Source of the DNA: Marsupella aquatica
Lineage: Eukaryota; Plantae; Marchantiophyta
Assembly: GCA_973895155.1 (NCBI GenBank)
Contig: OZ316897.1
Span: 6,213,327 to 6,277,326, forward strand
DNA length: 64,000 nucleotides
Direction of reading: 5' to 3'
Shown: positions 1-12,700 of the stretch, piece after piece
Numbering within the stretch: position 1 is the first letter of the stretch
Layout: each line of letters starts with the position of its first letter
The notes under the pieces: model-generated
Seen by the model: the letters and a program-made list of their open reading frames with translations, nothing else
Database searches by the model: none
What the model was told of the DNA's origin: nothing
Translations under genes and position numbers: made by a program

Positions 1-2024
1 AGAGTTTTATATACTATGGGCCTAGATCATCTTCTCTATGTGAGAGATGTACGATGGTGAAGAGGAGATTCCACTAAAGAGGTGGAGGCAGAAACAAGTG
101 ATTACAATGAATGCAGTGATGCTTTATCTGAAGCCGCATATCATCAAGAAGTTGAATGACTACGAGAATTGTGCATCTCTATTCAAAGCCATAAGGGAGA
201 AGTACTATCGGGAGGATGCCTCAAATCGATTGTACAAGAAGTCTCTCTTGATGAGCATGAGACTCAAAGAGGGGAAACAAGATTCAAGATCACTTGGATG
301 AATTTGACAGCGTAGCTATTGATTTGTCTAATCTTGGTAAGGGAGTTGAATAAAAAGGACAAGGTCTTGCTTCTTCTTAGCTCTTTACCCTCATCTTATC
401 AGGGTTTGAAGCAGGTTCTCTTGTATAGAGACCTGAAGTTTATTTCATACGATGAAGTGATAAGTTATTTACTATTAGATGACACATAGAAGAAATTGGG
501 TCAAGTCCAGACAACATCTTCATCTGGTACTGCATTGAATGTGAACCGTGGAAGGTCTACGTAGTGGACAAATGGAGAAAACAGGTTTAGATCTAAGTCA
601 AGGGGGAGATCTAAATCTAGAGGGAAATTGCGAGAGAGAAAGTCTCTTGCATGTTGGAGATCTAGCAAGTCTGGCCACATGAAGAGGGATTGTCGGGTAA
701 ATGACTCTATTGCATCAGCTAATGCGGCATCTAACACACATGAGGTGGATTTACTCGATGAGGACATTTTATGATGCCAAATTTTTGCTCTCAACGTAGT
801 GTCACATCCAAGTGATGATGACTAGATACTAAATAGTGCATGTACCTTTCACATTTGCTATAGGAGACATTTTTTTGTTCTTACACAATTTCCAATGGTT
901 TAGTGTTGATGGGAAATGGAATCTCATGTCAAGTGATTGGACTTGGATCTGTGAGATTTTAGATGTTTGATGGTGTTGTGAGAACTTTGAGGAATGTCAG
1001 ACATATTCCCAACATGATAAAAAATCTCATTTCACTTGGAATGTTAGAAGCATCAATGGAGTTCTGCAAATGGTGTCCTTCAGGTTACAACTAATACTAA
1101 GGTTGTGTTGAAGGGAAAGAGGCACAAAAATCTATACATTTTGGAGGGCATTGTAGTTTGTGATGAAGCCAATGTAACCTTATCTCATGAGAAAATGGCT
1201 CGGCTATGGCACTTCAGATTGGGTCATATGAGTGAAAAAGCTTTGTATGTTCTTCAAAAAAAGGGATTACTTTCTAATTTGTAATCTTGTAGTTTAGATT
1301 TCTATGAGCATTGTGTGCTTGAAAAGCAACACAGGAAACCCTTTGGCGTTAGAACTCACACCAGCAATGAGGTATTTGAGTATGTACATAGTGATGTGTG
1401 GGGACCAACCCCTACTCCCTCACATTCTGGAAGAGTTTACTATATCACGTTCTTTGATGATTACTCAAGGTATATATATGGATATACTTTCTACACAATA
1501 AGTTTGATGTTTTTGTCACTTTAAAGAGTGGAAAGTCCAAGTTGAGAATCAGACTTGTAACAAGGTGAGATATCTTTGATCAAATAACGGCGGTGAATAC
1601 TATTCTGGTAAATTTGGAATGTATTATAAGAAGCGAGGGATTACACGTCATCTCACAACAAATTATACTCCTTAGCAGAATGATGTTTTCGAGAGGCTCA
1701 ACCAAACACTATCGGAACGCTCAAGAAGTATGTTGAGCCAATCATGCTTACCACATGAATTTTGGGCAAAAATTGTCAACATTGTAGCTTATTTGGTAAA
1801 TTTGTCTTCATCCAGTGTAATTGGATTCAAGACGTCATTTGAAATGAGGTACGGGCGTCAAGCGGATTATTCACATCTGAGGGATTTTTGATGTGATGCT
1901 TATGTGCTTACACCTTCCCAGCTTTGGCCTAAATTGGAGTCCAAGTCAAGGAAATGCATTTTCCTTGGGTATCAAAAAGGTATAAAAGGTTATAGGTTAT
2001 GGGATCCAGTAACCTCTAGAAGTT

Positions 2025-2192
2025 TATTTATTATTATTTATTTATTTTTATTTTTAAGGGGAAATCTGTGAAACCCCACAGAAAGGGAAGAGTCAGCCAC
2101 AATAGTTGAGAAGTGTCAGCCACAACAGTTGAACCCAAGACCTATCAGTCTCAATTCAAGTGAGCTACCACAAAGTCATGCCTCTCTGGGCT
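2025..2192 (-). mobile_element. tRNA-derived SINE inserted in the decayed copia
   Basis: 12-bp direct repeat CCTCTAGAAGTT at 2013-2024 and 2193-2204. The minus strand has an A-box-like TGACTTTGTGG, a B-box-like GGTTCAAC and an A-rich tail. Confidence 0.75.
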
Positions 2193-3147
2193 CCTCTAGA
2201 AGTTAATTATCAGTAAAGACGTTTCCTTTAATGAATCCAGATCATCAAAGGAGGGGGAGAGTTCTCAGGGCTCTCATATTGACAAGGGAAAATCTCCTAT
2301 CCTGGACCCGGTTGGGGGAAGATAAGTCATGATGATGTTCATGACAGGAGAAAAAGAGATGCTCAGGGTATGGAGCTAGTTCCTGTGATGGAACAAGAGG
2401 AGCAAATTGATGTTGGTGTACCTCAAATTCAACCAATAGTAATAGAAGATCAACCTGAATCATCTACTAGAAGAACTTCCAATCATTCTACTAGAACTCC
2501 TATCAGGTATGGACAATCATGGGCAGATTCATCTAAACTAGATGATGTTGACATTGCGCCTGACGATGATCATATGGCTTTGATCTTGGGCCTTCTTCGT
2601 ATCATGAGGCAAGTGCTTCAAAGCAGAAGTAGGAGTGGACTAAAACAATGCAAATGGAGATATAATCACTGAAGGACAACAAGACTTGGGAGTTGGTCAA
2701 GCTTCTTGAAGGCCAACAAGTGGTGGACAACAAGTGGATTTACAAGCTGAAGGATCAATCCAAAGGAGGTGGATCAAAGGTCTACAAGGCTAGGTTAGTA
2801 GCCAAGGGATTCACACAAGAGAAAGGTGTGGATTACAATGAGATCTTCTCACCAGTTGCTAAGTACTCTATAATACGACTATTGTGTGTACTTATTGTTT
2901 TATTTGGTTTGTTGCTAGATCAAATGGATGTTATCACAACTTTCCTCTATGGCACCTTGGAAAAGATGATCTTCATGAGATAGTCGCTAGGTTTTGTGAA
3001 GAAAGAGCAAGAGGATTTGGTTTGCAGATTGCTGAGATCCTTGTACGGGTTGAAGCAGTCACCAAGGTAGTGGAATAAGCAATTTGATAATTGGATCCGT
3101 GTATAGAGTTTTCACAAGAGTGTGTTTGATCATTGTGTGTATCTTAA

Positions 3148-3311
3148 AGCACAACTGCCCTTCAAAAGCTACGGGTTATCCGTAGTTACCATTAAAAGGA
3201 GATTTTTCTTGAAATTGTGGAGCAAACTGGCATGCTAGAGGAGAACAGGGATTTAAATATGGAAAAAGGGGAGGTCTTGGACACTTCCCTTTATATAGGG
3301 GAAGTTATGGT
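3148..3311. mobile_element. Short MITE-like insertion with TTAA target duplication
   Basis: TTAA at 3144-3147 and 3312-3315. Imperfect ~15-bp TIR (AGCACAACTGCCCTT / ACCATAACTTCCCCT). Removing it restores the copia RT frame (CVYLK-PVKN). Confidence 0.6.
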
Positions 3312-3640
3312 TTAAACCGGTGAAGAATATTGTCTTCAATGGTTTCATTATTTTAGTACTTTATATGGATGACATGCTTATTGAGGCCAAGGATAGATTT
3401 GAGATTGTTAAGCTCAAGGCATTGCTCAGTGCAGAGTTCAAGATGAAAGACTTAGGGCCAGCTAAGAGGATTTTGGGTATGGAGATCACTAGGGATTTTG
3501 AGGCTGGTAAGCAATGGTTGATGCAGAGCAGTTATGCAAGGAAGGTAATTGCAAGGTTCAACATGGAGGATAACAAGCCAGTAAGTATCCCTTGGCTCCA
3601 CACTTCAAGTTGTTATCAGCTTTTGGTCCTATAACTATTC

Positions 3641-5180
3641 ACACTGTCTCAAAATGAGATTGGTATCACAATAAGTACATGAGATTGCCCATGGGCTAAG
3701 GAGAATGAAGAGACATGCCTCTTCATTTCCTAAGTCTAAACTAAGAAAAATAAAAGTCAACTTTGACTAAGGGATAGTCAAATAGTCAAACCTAAGTAAA
3801 AGTCTACAAAATAAAATACTAATCTCATACTGTAATAGGAGGAGGGTTGACTACAAGTAGAGGGAGGCAAGCTACATAACCAAGGGCTATCTTCCCTTTG
3901 GTCCTCTATCCCTTCAAATACTGTCAACGGAAAAGGTCCTCACGATAACGAATCAAACGGGGCTCATTGGTCTTTCGGATGGGATGTCCATCCGATCCGA
4001 TCCAAACAAAGTAATCTGATGGACATGGCATGTCTAGAGTTGGAAGAGGGAAAGGTGCAATGACCTTTCTATAGTGATAAACCCAACTCCAAAGGTTAGG
4101 AGTCTCAATCGTGGGTAGTCTCAGCTTGTCTATAGGTAGCCATAGAATACCACGAAAAATCGAAACCATGTCATAGGTGTGTGGAAAAGGGAAAGACTCA
4201 TGACCAAACATAAGTGGAGGTAAAGGAGGTGCAAGAGGAGTGCGTGCGTCGATGAGTGACGTAATCATCCTATCAAATTGGGCGGAAAAGACAAAAAGAG
4301 GCTCAATATCGGAAATAAAAGAGACAATAAGAGGCTGAGACATCATAGGAGTAGGAGCTATAAATGGTACACTGGGAGGCTATACAGTCTCAAGCTCAGG
4401 CTCGGTCTTGGGAATAGGCTCGTGGATGGGTTCATTTCCTTCCCTGGTAGGAGAGGGAAATGAATCATCAAGGGGTGATAGGGTGGTATCCTCAATGGAA
4501 GAAAATAGATCTAGAGGGGGTACTGGTGAAGGGGGTAAAGGCTCAGGGGTAGGAGATGGAGGATGCTCAGGTGTAAATGTAGGAGGGATAGGGGAATCAA
4601 TAATAGGGGAAGGAATGGGATCAGGTAGAGGGGGTGTAGGTGAGGACGGAGGAGGGAGTGAAGGATCAGCGATATGTACCTCCGACTCATCTACATCCAT
4701 AGGGTGATCAGGCTGTGGTGAAGGTGCAGGGGGTGAAACATGAGGGGGTGGGGCGGTACGAGACTTGGAAAGCAAAGCACAAATACAGTCAAGTAATTGC
4801 AGAGGGGTACAACTCAAGAGTCTAGTGGCCTCATCTACCAAATGTTGGTTGAAACCAGCCACACTAGCTAGTCTCTTGGCATCACCAACAAAATCAGTCC
4901 ATGATAGGTAAGAAGTGGAAGCAACAAAAGAGGGAGAAGTCATCCTTGGTAAATCCGGTGCTGTTGTCTGCTCCACTGGAGTGGGTCTCGGAGATGTCGT
5001 TGGTGGTGGAGTCAACTCTCTTGCTAACTCTGGCTGAGGGAGCTCAAAGTGTCTCGCTCTCCTCCTCCAATCGCTCAGCTCCACTGGTAAGAAGCAGCCT
5101 CTTGAAAAGTAAGTGTGTGCCAAGTAGGGTGTCAGATAGGTATCACCGGTAGTAGACAAGATAGCCACCTGCTTGGCGAT
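3641..5180 (-). mobile_element. Fragment of an Athila-like Ty3/gypsy element with a decayed proline-rich ORF
   Basis: Colinear with 27380-27478 + 43341-44034, which is contiguous with a tRNA-Asp-type PBS at 26.5 kb. Interrupted at 5181 by a TG-starting LTR. Confidence 0.7.
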
Positions 5181-5295
5181 TGTGATGCCTAGCCAGGAAT
5201 CACTCGGCCAGTTAAGTGGGTAAAGCAGGAGTGCACCCTAGAAACACCTTATTATAGGGACAAAACAAGGAAAATATAAACAATTAGGGGCGACT

Positions 5296-8200
5296 ATGGA
5301 ACCCGGGCCGAGGCCGGAGGTAAGGACGCTGGGGGTGAAAACAAGATTAGGGTTAGGGCGCGCTAAGCGTCGGCGGCTAGGAAGGATCAACGGGAGGAAG
5401 AACCGGAAGAGGAGAGGGGTAAGGAGCGCTTGCAGGGAATGGTGGTTCATTTGCGAGCACGAACTAGGCAGACGACTACGGGAGGCCAACTACTGTCAGC
5501 TGCTTAGGCAAGCACTCGGGGAGAGAGTAGATACCGACGATCGACCTAAGGAGGGTATGAGCAACGTCAATCAAGCCACACATTTTTGGGGATGCTTGTT
5601 CGAATGGGCAACTAAGTACATCAAGACTTACAAGGACGAAGAATCAAAAAGGGCAGCTCGAGAACGGCAGGAGCTCGCTCGATTGTGGGAGCTGCAAAAG
5701 ATGGCTTTCTTAGGAGGCAAACTCATCAAGGCCGAGTTCTTGTGGACTCCTACTTCCAATCAGCTCGACGATCTTCTGTTTTGCGAAGATAGAGTCGTCG
5801 GCATCCGAGAAGCCATCAAACGCTGCAACAACATACACTGGGAGTTGAAGGGTAGCACGGAGGGGTGGACAAAGGCAACCGTGCTAGGAGAGACATACAC
5901 GAGAGCCAAAATGAAGAGGAAGGGAGCCGTCAACGATGAAGCCACCCCGGCAAAAAGAATGAGGTCGGCGGCACCAAAGAAGCCAGCCGAGCAGCAGAGC
6001 AGGAGGCAGGGAGAAGCCAAAGAGGAGGAGGACGATCCCATCAATGCCATTCCAACCAGGGATGACACCCGGAAAGGCTGGGCGGAAACCCTACCAGAGG
6101 AGGTGCAACTACATTTTGCACGGGAGGAGGATGCATGCTTTACGGCCATGCAGACCAAGAAGTACCAAGGCTTCATGGCCGGATCCGGCTTAGAGGCCTT
6201 TGTAAGATTACCATGGCTGAAGTCGGAGGTGCCGGATTCAGACCTATTAGAATTCGTGGGGTCATGGGAACCTGAGACCAATTCCACGAGGATATATGGG
6301 AAGGATTTCTATCTTACTCCTAAGGTGATTGCCGAAGTGTTTGGCTTGCCGATAGGCAATAAGACCAAAGTTGATACCAGGAAGACCTTGCCTGACAAGG
6401 AGTTCCGGTCGTTCCCCGGGCCATCAACGAAGAATGGCTTCTTCCGGAACACCTGCACCAACCCGCACATAGGAGAGATGATCAACTTCTTGCGGGTGAC
6501 CATGCATTGTAACTTGCCGAGGGCAGAGATCGGCAAGGCACAGGTCTATCTGGCAGAGAGGCCAGACCCAAGCCGGGACTACAACGGGTACCTCCTCAAC
6601 CAATTGAAGAAGATCTTAAAGGAGGAGCAGCAGGTAATCGGCCTGGGGAGCGTGTCGCGGCTTGGCTATCACATGTCGTTGTTGTGCCGGTATGCCAGAG
6701 GTCAGACCTTTGCCCCAGTACTTCCCCTGCAGGTAAGGGCACCCGAGGAAGCTCCAGCACCGAGGCCGGTAGCAGAGAAGCCTCAACCACCTGTTAGCCC
6801 TACGATTGAGCAGGTGTTTAGGCCAAGGAAGGAAGACTTGCCGATGCAGCAACCAAGCATGCAGAATCTACTGAAAATGCTGGAGAAGGAAAAGATGGCA
6901 CTGGCACCAGCTTCGGCAGCGGCACCAATACAGGACACTGCACCAGAGGTCGACCTAAGCAGACTTAGAAGGGAAAACCCCTTTACCAGAAATAAGGAGA
7001 GAATCAGGCCAGAATCCAAGCCGGGTGTTCGAATGTACGTGGGAGTCTCAAGCTCTGAATCTGAGGCAGAATTGCCTGAAGCTCCTATCGGCGAAGAGGA
7101 GAGGGAGAAGCCGGAAGTCCAAGAGGTGGAGGAGGCAGTGGAGGACTGCAGCCATGATAACTTCGGCTATGGGTCGGACCATCACGTTCCAGGAGTAAGG
7201 ACCTGTGGCCGGTTTATCCCCACACTTCCAAGGGTAGTTCGAGGGGACCCCAACCAGCAGAGTAGCCTCGAGTCTCCCCCACCAGATGTTGCTCCCCCGA
7301 GCTTTGACGGCATAAAGCAGACGGCATAGAAATTTCAGGAGCGACTTAGGGAAGCAGAAAAGGTAGCCCTGGCTAGGGAAAAGGATTTGCCAGGAGGAGA
7401 TTGGCCGGAGGACATCAGGCGGCTAGCCGAAAAAGGAAGCAAACCTCTAGCCACGATTGAAGAGATCCGCAAGACGGCTTGGGAGCAGAGGCCGCGATGG
7501 GCGATGCCGATCACTTCTACTTACTCCACCTACGCTAAAAATAGAGCCATGGAGTATGGTGAGATATGTGGGGAACTTGCGCTCGGCATCTTTGGGGAGG
7601 AGTTGGAGGTAGGACCCTTTTTCCATAGGGAGCAATTGGAGAAGCACCAATTAGAAGAAGCGGTGGCTTTAGAGAGAAGCAAGAAGGACGAGGTCATCCG
7701 GCGGCTTAGGAGGATGGAAGCCGAGATTGAAGATCTAAGGGCGGCCAAGAAAGCCCAAGATGAACTACGGATTAAGCGGCATGAGCTAAACATCATGCAG
7801 GGGCAGTTGGACACCGCGCAGGCTGATAATCAGATTATCAAGGATAAACTAACTCAGACCCAGGGAGAATTGGCCGACGCAATCAAGGACAGGGAGAAAT
7901 GGAAGAAGGAGCTGAGAGACGCAGAGGAGGCCCATATAGCAGTCAACAACCGGGTCACGGCGGAGACTCAGAGAAGGGAGAGGGCGCTGAAGGAAGAGCT
8001 CGAGGTCATCCACAGAGCCCTTGAGCAGAAGGAGGCCGAGTTAGGGAAATCCTATCAAGGGATTATTGCGCTACAGCAGGAGCTTGCGTCCCTGACGGCC
8101 AGCTTCAAGGCCGACCTGCGGGAGAAGGACGCCCAGCTCGACCAGACTTATGCCAAGATGAATAACAGGTCGTAACGGAGCTTGACAAGGAGCTAAGAGC

Positions 8201-8852
8201 AACCCAAGAGGAGAGGGCTACCACCAAGAAGGAATTGGAGGAAGCCCACAGGGAATTGGAGGAAGCCAAAAACGAGCTGGAGGAGGCACGTAAGGACCTG
8301 GATGAGACCCAGGAGGAGTTGGAGGAAATCACAAGGAAGATGGAGAACCTACAGCGGTGGGCCGACAACCAAACAGAGCGGCTGAAGAAACAAGCCGCAA
8401 TATTTAAATGCTTAGCTGCATCAGGTCCATCTCCCATTGGGGCAAACCAGTTACCCGGGGTGGTAATTACCGAAGGACCAGCCGTGACACACGGCCCGGT
8501 GCCGGACGTTGGCGGCAAGGGGAAGGAACCGGCTATGGAGATAGTGAAGAGAAGAAGCAAAAACCTTCGGGGTCCGGAGGTTATTCGACCCCTCAAGCCG
8601 ACTCAAACCGGTACCAACCTCCGGCATGAAACGGCAATAGATCCCGCTATCACCAAAGGTGGGGATGGCGCGGCCCAAGCCGAACTACTCAGTAACGAGG
8701 CCGGTATCCCAGATCCACCTCTTGAGCAGGCCGGGGAGGCCGTGGCCGAAGCTGAGGCTGTAGCCGAGGCTGAGGCCGTAGCCGAGAATGATTTCCGAGC
8801 CGAGGCCAAAGCCGAGGGTGGGCCCAGTCAGGCCGATGGAGAGTTGACTTAG
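5296..8852 (+). pseudogene. Long ORF inside the LTR: PMD/plant-transposon-like domain plus coiled coil (one stop at 7327, one frameshift ~8165)
   Basis: ORFs 5296-7329, 7387-8175 and 8235-8852 join when compared with the second copy (CAG instead of TAG). Motif FVRLPW..LLEFVGSW..IYGKDFYLTPKVIAEVFGLP. Heptad-rich C-terminal half. Confidence 0.7.
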
Positions 8853-9771
8853 TCAAGGGCAGGTAATCTGTCACGAACCTACGGTAGTGGTTGCGGAGGG
8901 AGCGTTGGGGGCGTCTATTGAGGATCCACCACCGGTGTCGTGACGGTGCAAGGGCGCCGTTCCTTTTAGGAAGGGCAGACATGGAGGGAGGAGGCGTGAG
9001 TGAGCAGAGTGGGCTCAGATCTCTAAGTTTAGGATTAGGATTAGGATCAGGACCAGGAGGCGGCCCTGACACTTAGCTTAGTGGGATTGCGGTTCCACTG
9101 GTAAGAGCAACACTTGTACTTCTGCCTCGCTGTACATAGGTAGATCCAGTTAAGTAGATTAGGCTTACGCTGCAAAGAATTAGGCGGATCCACTACCAGG
9201 ATAAGAACCTGGGCAGCGGGGAGCTCAGGGCCTCTTCTTTAGCAAGTTTTTAGTTTGCACCAGCCGGACTGGGATCAAGTAGTAAGAGAAGCTCTCGGTT
9301 AGTCATACAGTGATCCTTGTGTATATTCATGTTTCCTCATGCCTAAGAGCTGAATAGAGTTGGCCTCACGGCTTAGTTCGCAGAGCTTGTGTATGAGATG
9401 TACTGTTTGTATGGCAAGTGCATGGTATGACTCAGTCAGAAGGAGTCATTTTGCTATTTGTGTGTCGCATTAACTTGTGTGAAGAGTGCCCACATCAACC
9501 AATAAAGGAAGGAAAGTAAGCAGGGGAGTGAGAGTTGGATGTGTCGAGCTGAGAGAGGTCTTAGCGGCTTAACCAAGCCTATTGGGGATCATTCCGGCGG
9601 CGGAATCCAAACATACCTAACAAGACGGAGGGGAAGACAAGGGAAGGCCTAGATTAGGCTGGCTACGTATCTCATGACCCGATGAAGGATCTGTCCAGTA
9701 TATGTGTGTAAAATGTTAATAGTAGTAGTAGAAGGAGGTTAGCAGCGTCCCATGCCGCTAAGCCGCGGAAA

Positions 9772-12700
9772 TGTTGAGCATAGACGACATTCGCAACGGC
9801 AAGCCCATGAACCATCCAACGCACAATAGTCAACATAGAGAGATACGTGGTTCACCTCCACATGAGGCTACGTCCACGGGAACACACAAGAGCTTTACTG
9901 CACTCTAGGCCGACCGGCCATACCAAGCATCCATAGCACAAGCTCTCCCTATCTCTCAACTAGCTCCGTAACAATGAGCCTAAGTTCCACCAGGGTCTGG
10001 CATCAGCCCTGGCTATATGCACAACAGCACTACCGCTAACATTAGCTAAGTCCTAACCCGAGTTAGACTAACTGTGGTTAGCTCATGAGTCATAAGACTA
10101 GAGCAATATCTAACAAAGTCCCCCTTGACTCTTGTCTTGGGGACTGTACTAAATGCTATCATATGGAATCCTCAGCGGGAAGTTCTAGACAATCACCAAA
10201 CCAGGTCTCCCCCTAAAAACCACAAGGGTTAACTAAGGGTTAACTAGAACTAAGCCGTAGCCAAACAGGAATGAGTAATCCATATACAAATAGTCACACA
10301 TTGCTAAATAACTCTACTTGCACTACAACTGCAAAACCTGCAAAGTAGCACGGTGTCTTGAGAAACTCTCCAAAGGAATCACTTTGGTAAAAGCATCAGC
10401 GGGATTGAGCTTTCCATCAATTTTGACTAGCTCAAAAGTTTTATCAGACACTGCTTGCCTGATAAAATGGTACCTGATATCAATGTGCTTCACCCTGCTA
10501 TCCATCACCTGGTTAGCAGCCAAGTGAAGAGCACTCTGACTATCACAGTTTAGAGTCATTTTCCCATGCTCTAAACCCATCTCCGCGATCAACTTATCCA
10601 ACCAAATTGCTTCCTTTGCTGCTTCTGCTGCTGCAACATACTCTGCTTCTGTAGTAGACTGAGATATGCACTTCTGCAAGGTAGATTTCCAACTGATACA
10701 TCCTCCTCCAAGAGTGTATACAAACCCAGTTGTAGACCTCCTTGTATCCAGACAGCCTCCATAGTCGGAATCTACATAGCCAACTAATGTTCTATCTGAT
10801 TTGTTATCAAATAGTAATCCATAGTCCTGTGTACCCTTTAGATACCTGAGAATCCACTTCACAGCTTCTCAATGTACCTTCCCTGGATTTGACATGAATC
10901 TGCTAACCTTGCCCATCGCTAGGGCTAAGTCAGGCCTAGTACAAGTCATCAAATACATCAGACTGCCTACTGCCTTCTCATAAGGAATCTTAGCCATCAA
11001 ACCTTTCTCCACAGCATCCGTAGGAGAGAAAGCCGATGATAACTTGAAATGTAAAGCTAAAGGAATACTCACTGGCTTACAGTTTTCCATGTTAAATCGT
11101 GCAAGTACTTTCCTCGCATACTGGCCTTGACTCAAGCACAACTGTCCAGTATCAGAGTTCCTAAAAATCTCCATCCCTAAGATCCTCTTGGCCTTACCAA
11201 GATCCTTCATCCTGAATTCAGCACTCAATTTTGCCTTGAGACTGTCAACCTCAGATTGATCTTTAGCCACAATCAGCATGTCATCCACATAGATCACCAG
11301 AATGATGAAACCAAATACATCATTCTTGACTGATTTCGTATACACACAAGGATCATAAACCATCCTTGTAAAACCTTGAGCAAGCATGAAATCATCAAAC
11401 CGCTTGTTCCACTGTGTGGGAGACTGCTTCAATCCATACAAGGACTTGAGCAATCTGCAAACTAAGTTATCTTGGCCTTTCTTCATAAAGCCTAGCGGCT
11501 GTCTCATGAAGATCATCTCTTCCAAGTTGCCATAGAGAAAAGCAGTAACAACATCCATCTGATCCATCACCAGATTAAAAAACACAACAAGCTGACACAA
11601 GATCCGAATTGTGGAATACTTAGCCACCGGTGAAAAGACCTCATTGTAGTCCACTCCTTTCTCCTGAGTGAACCCTTTGGCAACAAGCCTTGCCTTGTAG
11701 ATCTTATCTCCACCCTCTGAAGGACTGTCCTTCAACTTGTAAATCCACTTGCTGTCCACCACTTGCTGACCTCTTGGAAGCTCCACCAGCTCCCATGTCT
11801 TGTTGTCACTCAAAGATTGCAACTCCCTCTGCATTGCTGCATTCCACTCATGCTTCTGCTCTGAAGCACAAGCCTCATTGTACGAAGAAGGCTCTCCTTC
11901 TTCCAAGATCAAAGCCATGTCATCATTATCAGGTGCAATGTCAATATCATCTAGCTTAGATGAGTCTGCCCATTGACCATACCTGGTAGGAGCTCTAGTA
12001 GAACGACTGGAAGTTCTTCTAGTAGATGACTCAGGCTGATCTGCTGCTGTTGCTGGTTGAATTTGAGGTACCCTAACAACAATCTGTTCCTCTTGTTCCA
12101 TCATAGAAACCAGCTCCAAGCCCGGAGCTTCTCCATCTCTCCTGTCATGAACAGCATCATGACTAATCTCCCCCTCAACCGGGTCCGGGATCATGGGAGA
12201 TTTCCCCTTGTCAGTATGGGAGTCCTAAGAACTGTCCCCCTCCTTTGATGATCTAGACTCATTAAAGGACACATCTCTACTGACAATTAGTTTACAGGTT
12301 ACTGGATCCCATAACCTATAACCCTTCACACCTTTCTGATAGCCAAGAAAAATGCACTTCTTCGACTTGGACTCCAGCTTGGATCGAAGCTGGGAAGGTG
12401 TAAGCACATAAGCATCACATCCAAAAATCCTCAGATGTGAATAATCTGCTGGACGCCCGTACCTTATTTCATATGGCGTCTTGAATCCAATAGAACTGGA
12501 TGGAGAAAAATTTACCAAATAAGCTACAGTGTTGACAGCTTCAGCCCAAAACTCATGTGGTAAGCATGATTGACTCAACATACTCCTCGAGCGGTCCAAC
12601 AGTGTTTGGTTGAGTCTCTCAGAAACACCGTTCTGCTGAGGAGTATAACTTGTTGTGAGATGGCGGGTTATCCCCTGCTCCTTACAATACGTTCCAAATT

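Larger units (their letters stand above)
1..3640 (+). mobile_element. Decayed Ty1/copia LTR retrotransposon (gag-PR-INT-RT remnant, truncated at both ends)
   Basis: Fragments colinear with the intact copia at 9772-16676: VHSDVWGP (integrase), YKARLVAKGFTQEKGVDYNEIFSPV and LYMDDMLI (RT). Many stops and frameshifts. Homology stops at ~3640. Confidence 0.95.

Noticed and set aside
2100-2192. tRNA gene
   Set aside because: No complete cloverleaf; the tail and TSD indicate a SINE.
7387-8852. Host myosin/SMC-like coiled-coil gene
   Set aside because: It lies inside an LTR present twice with retroelement boundaries.
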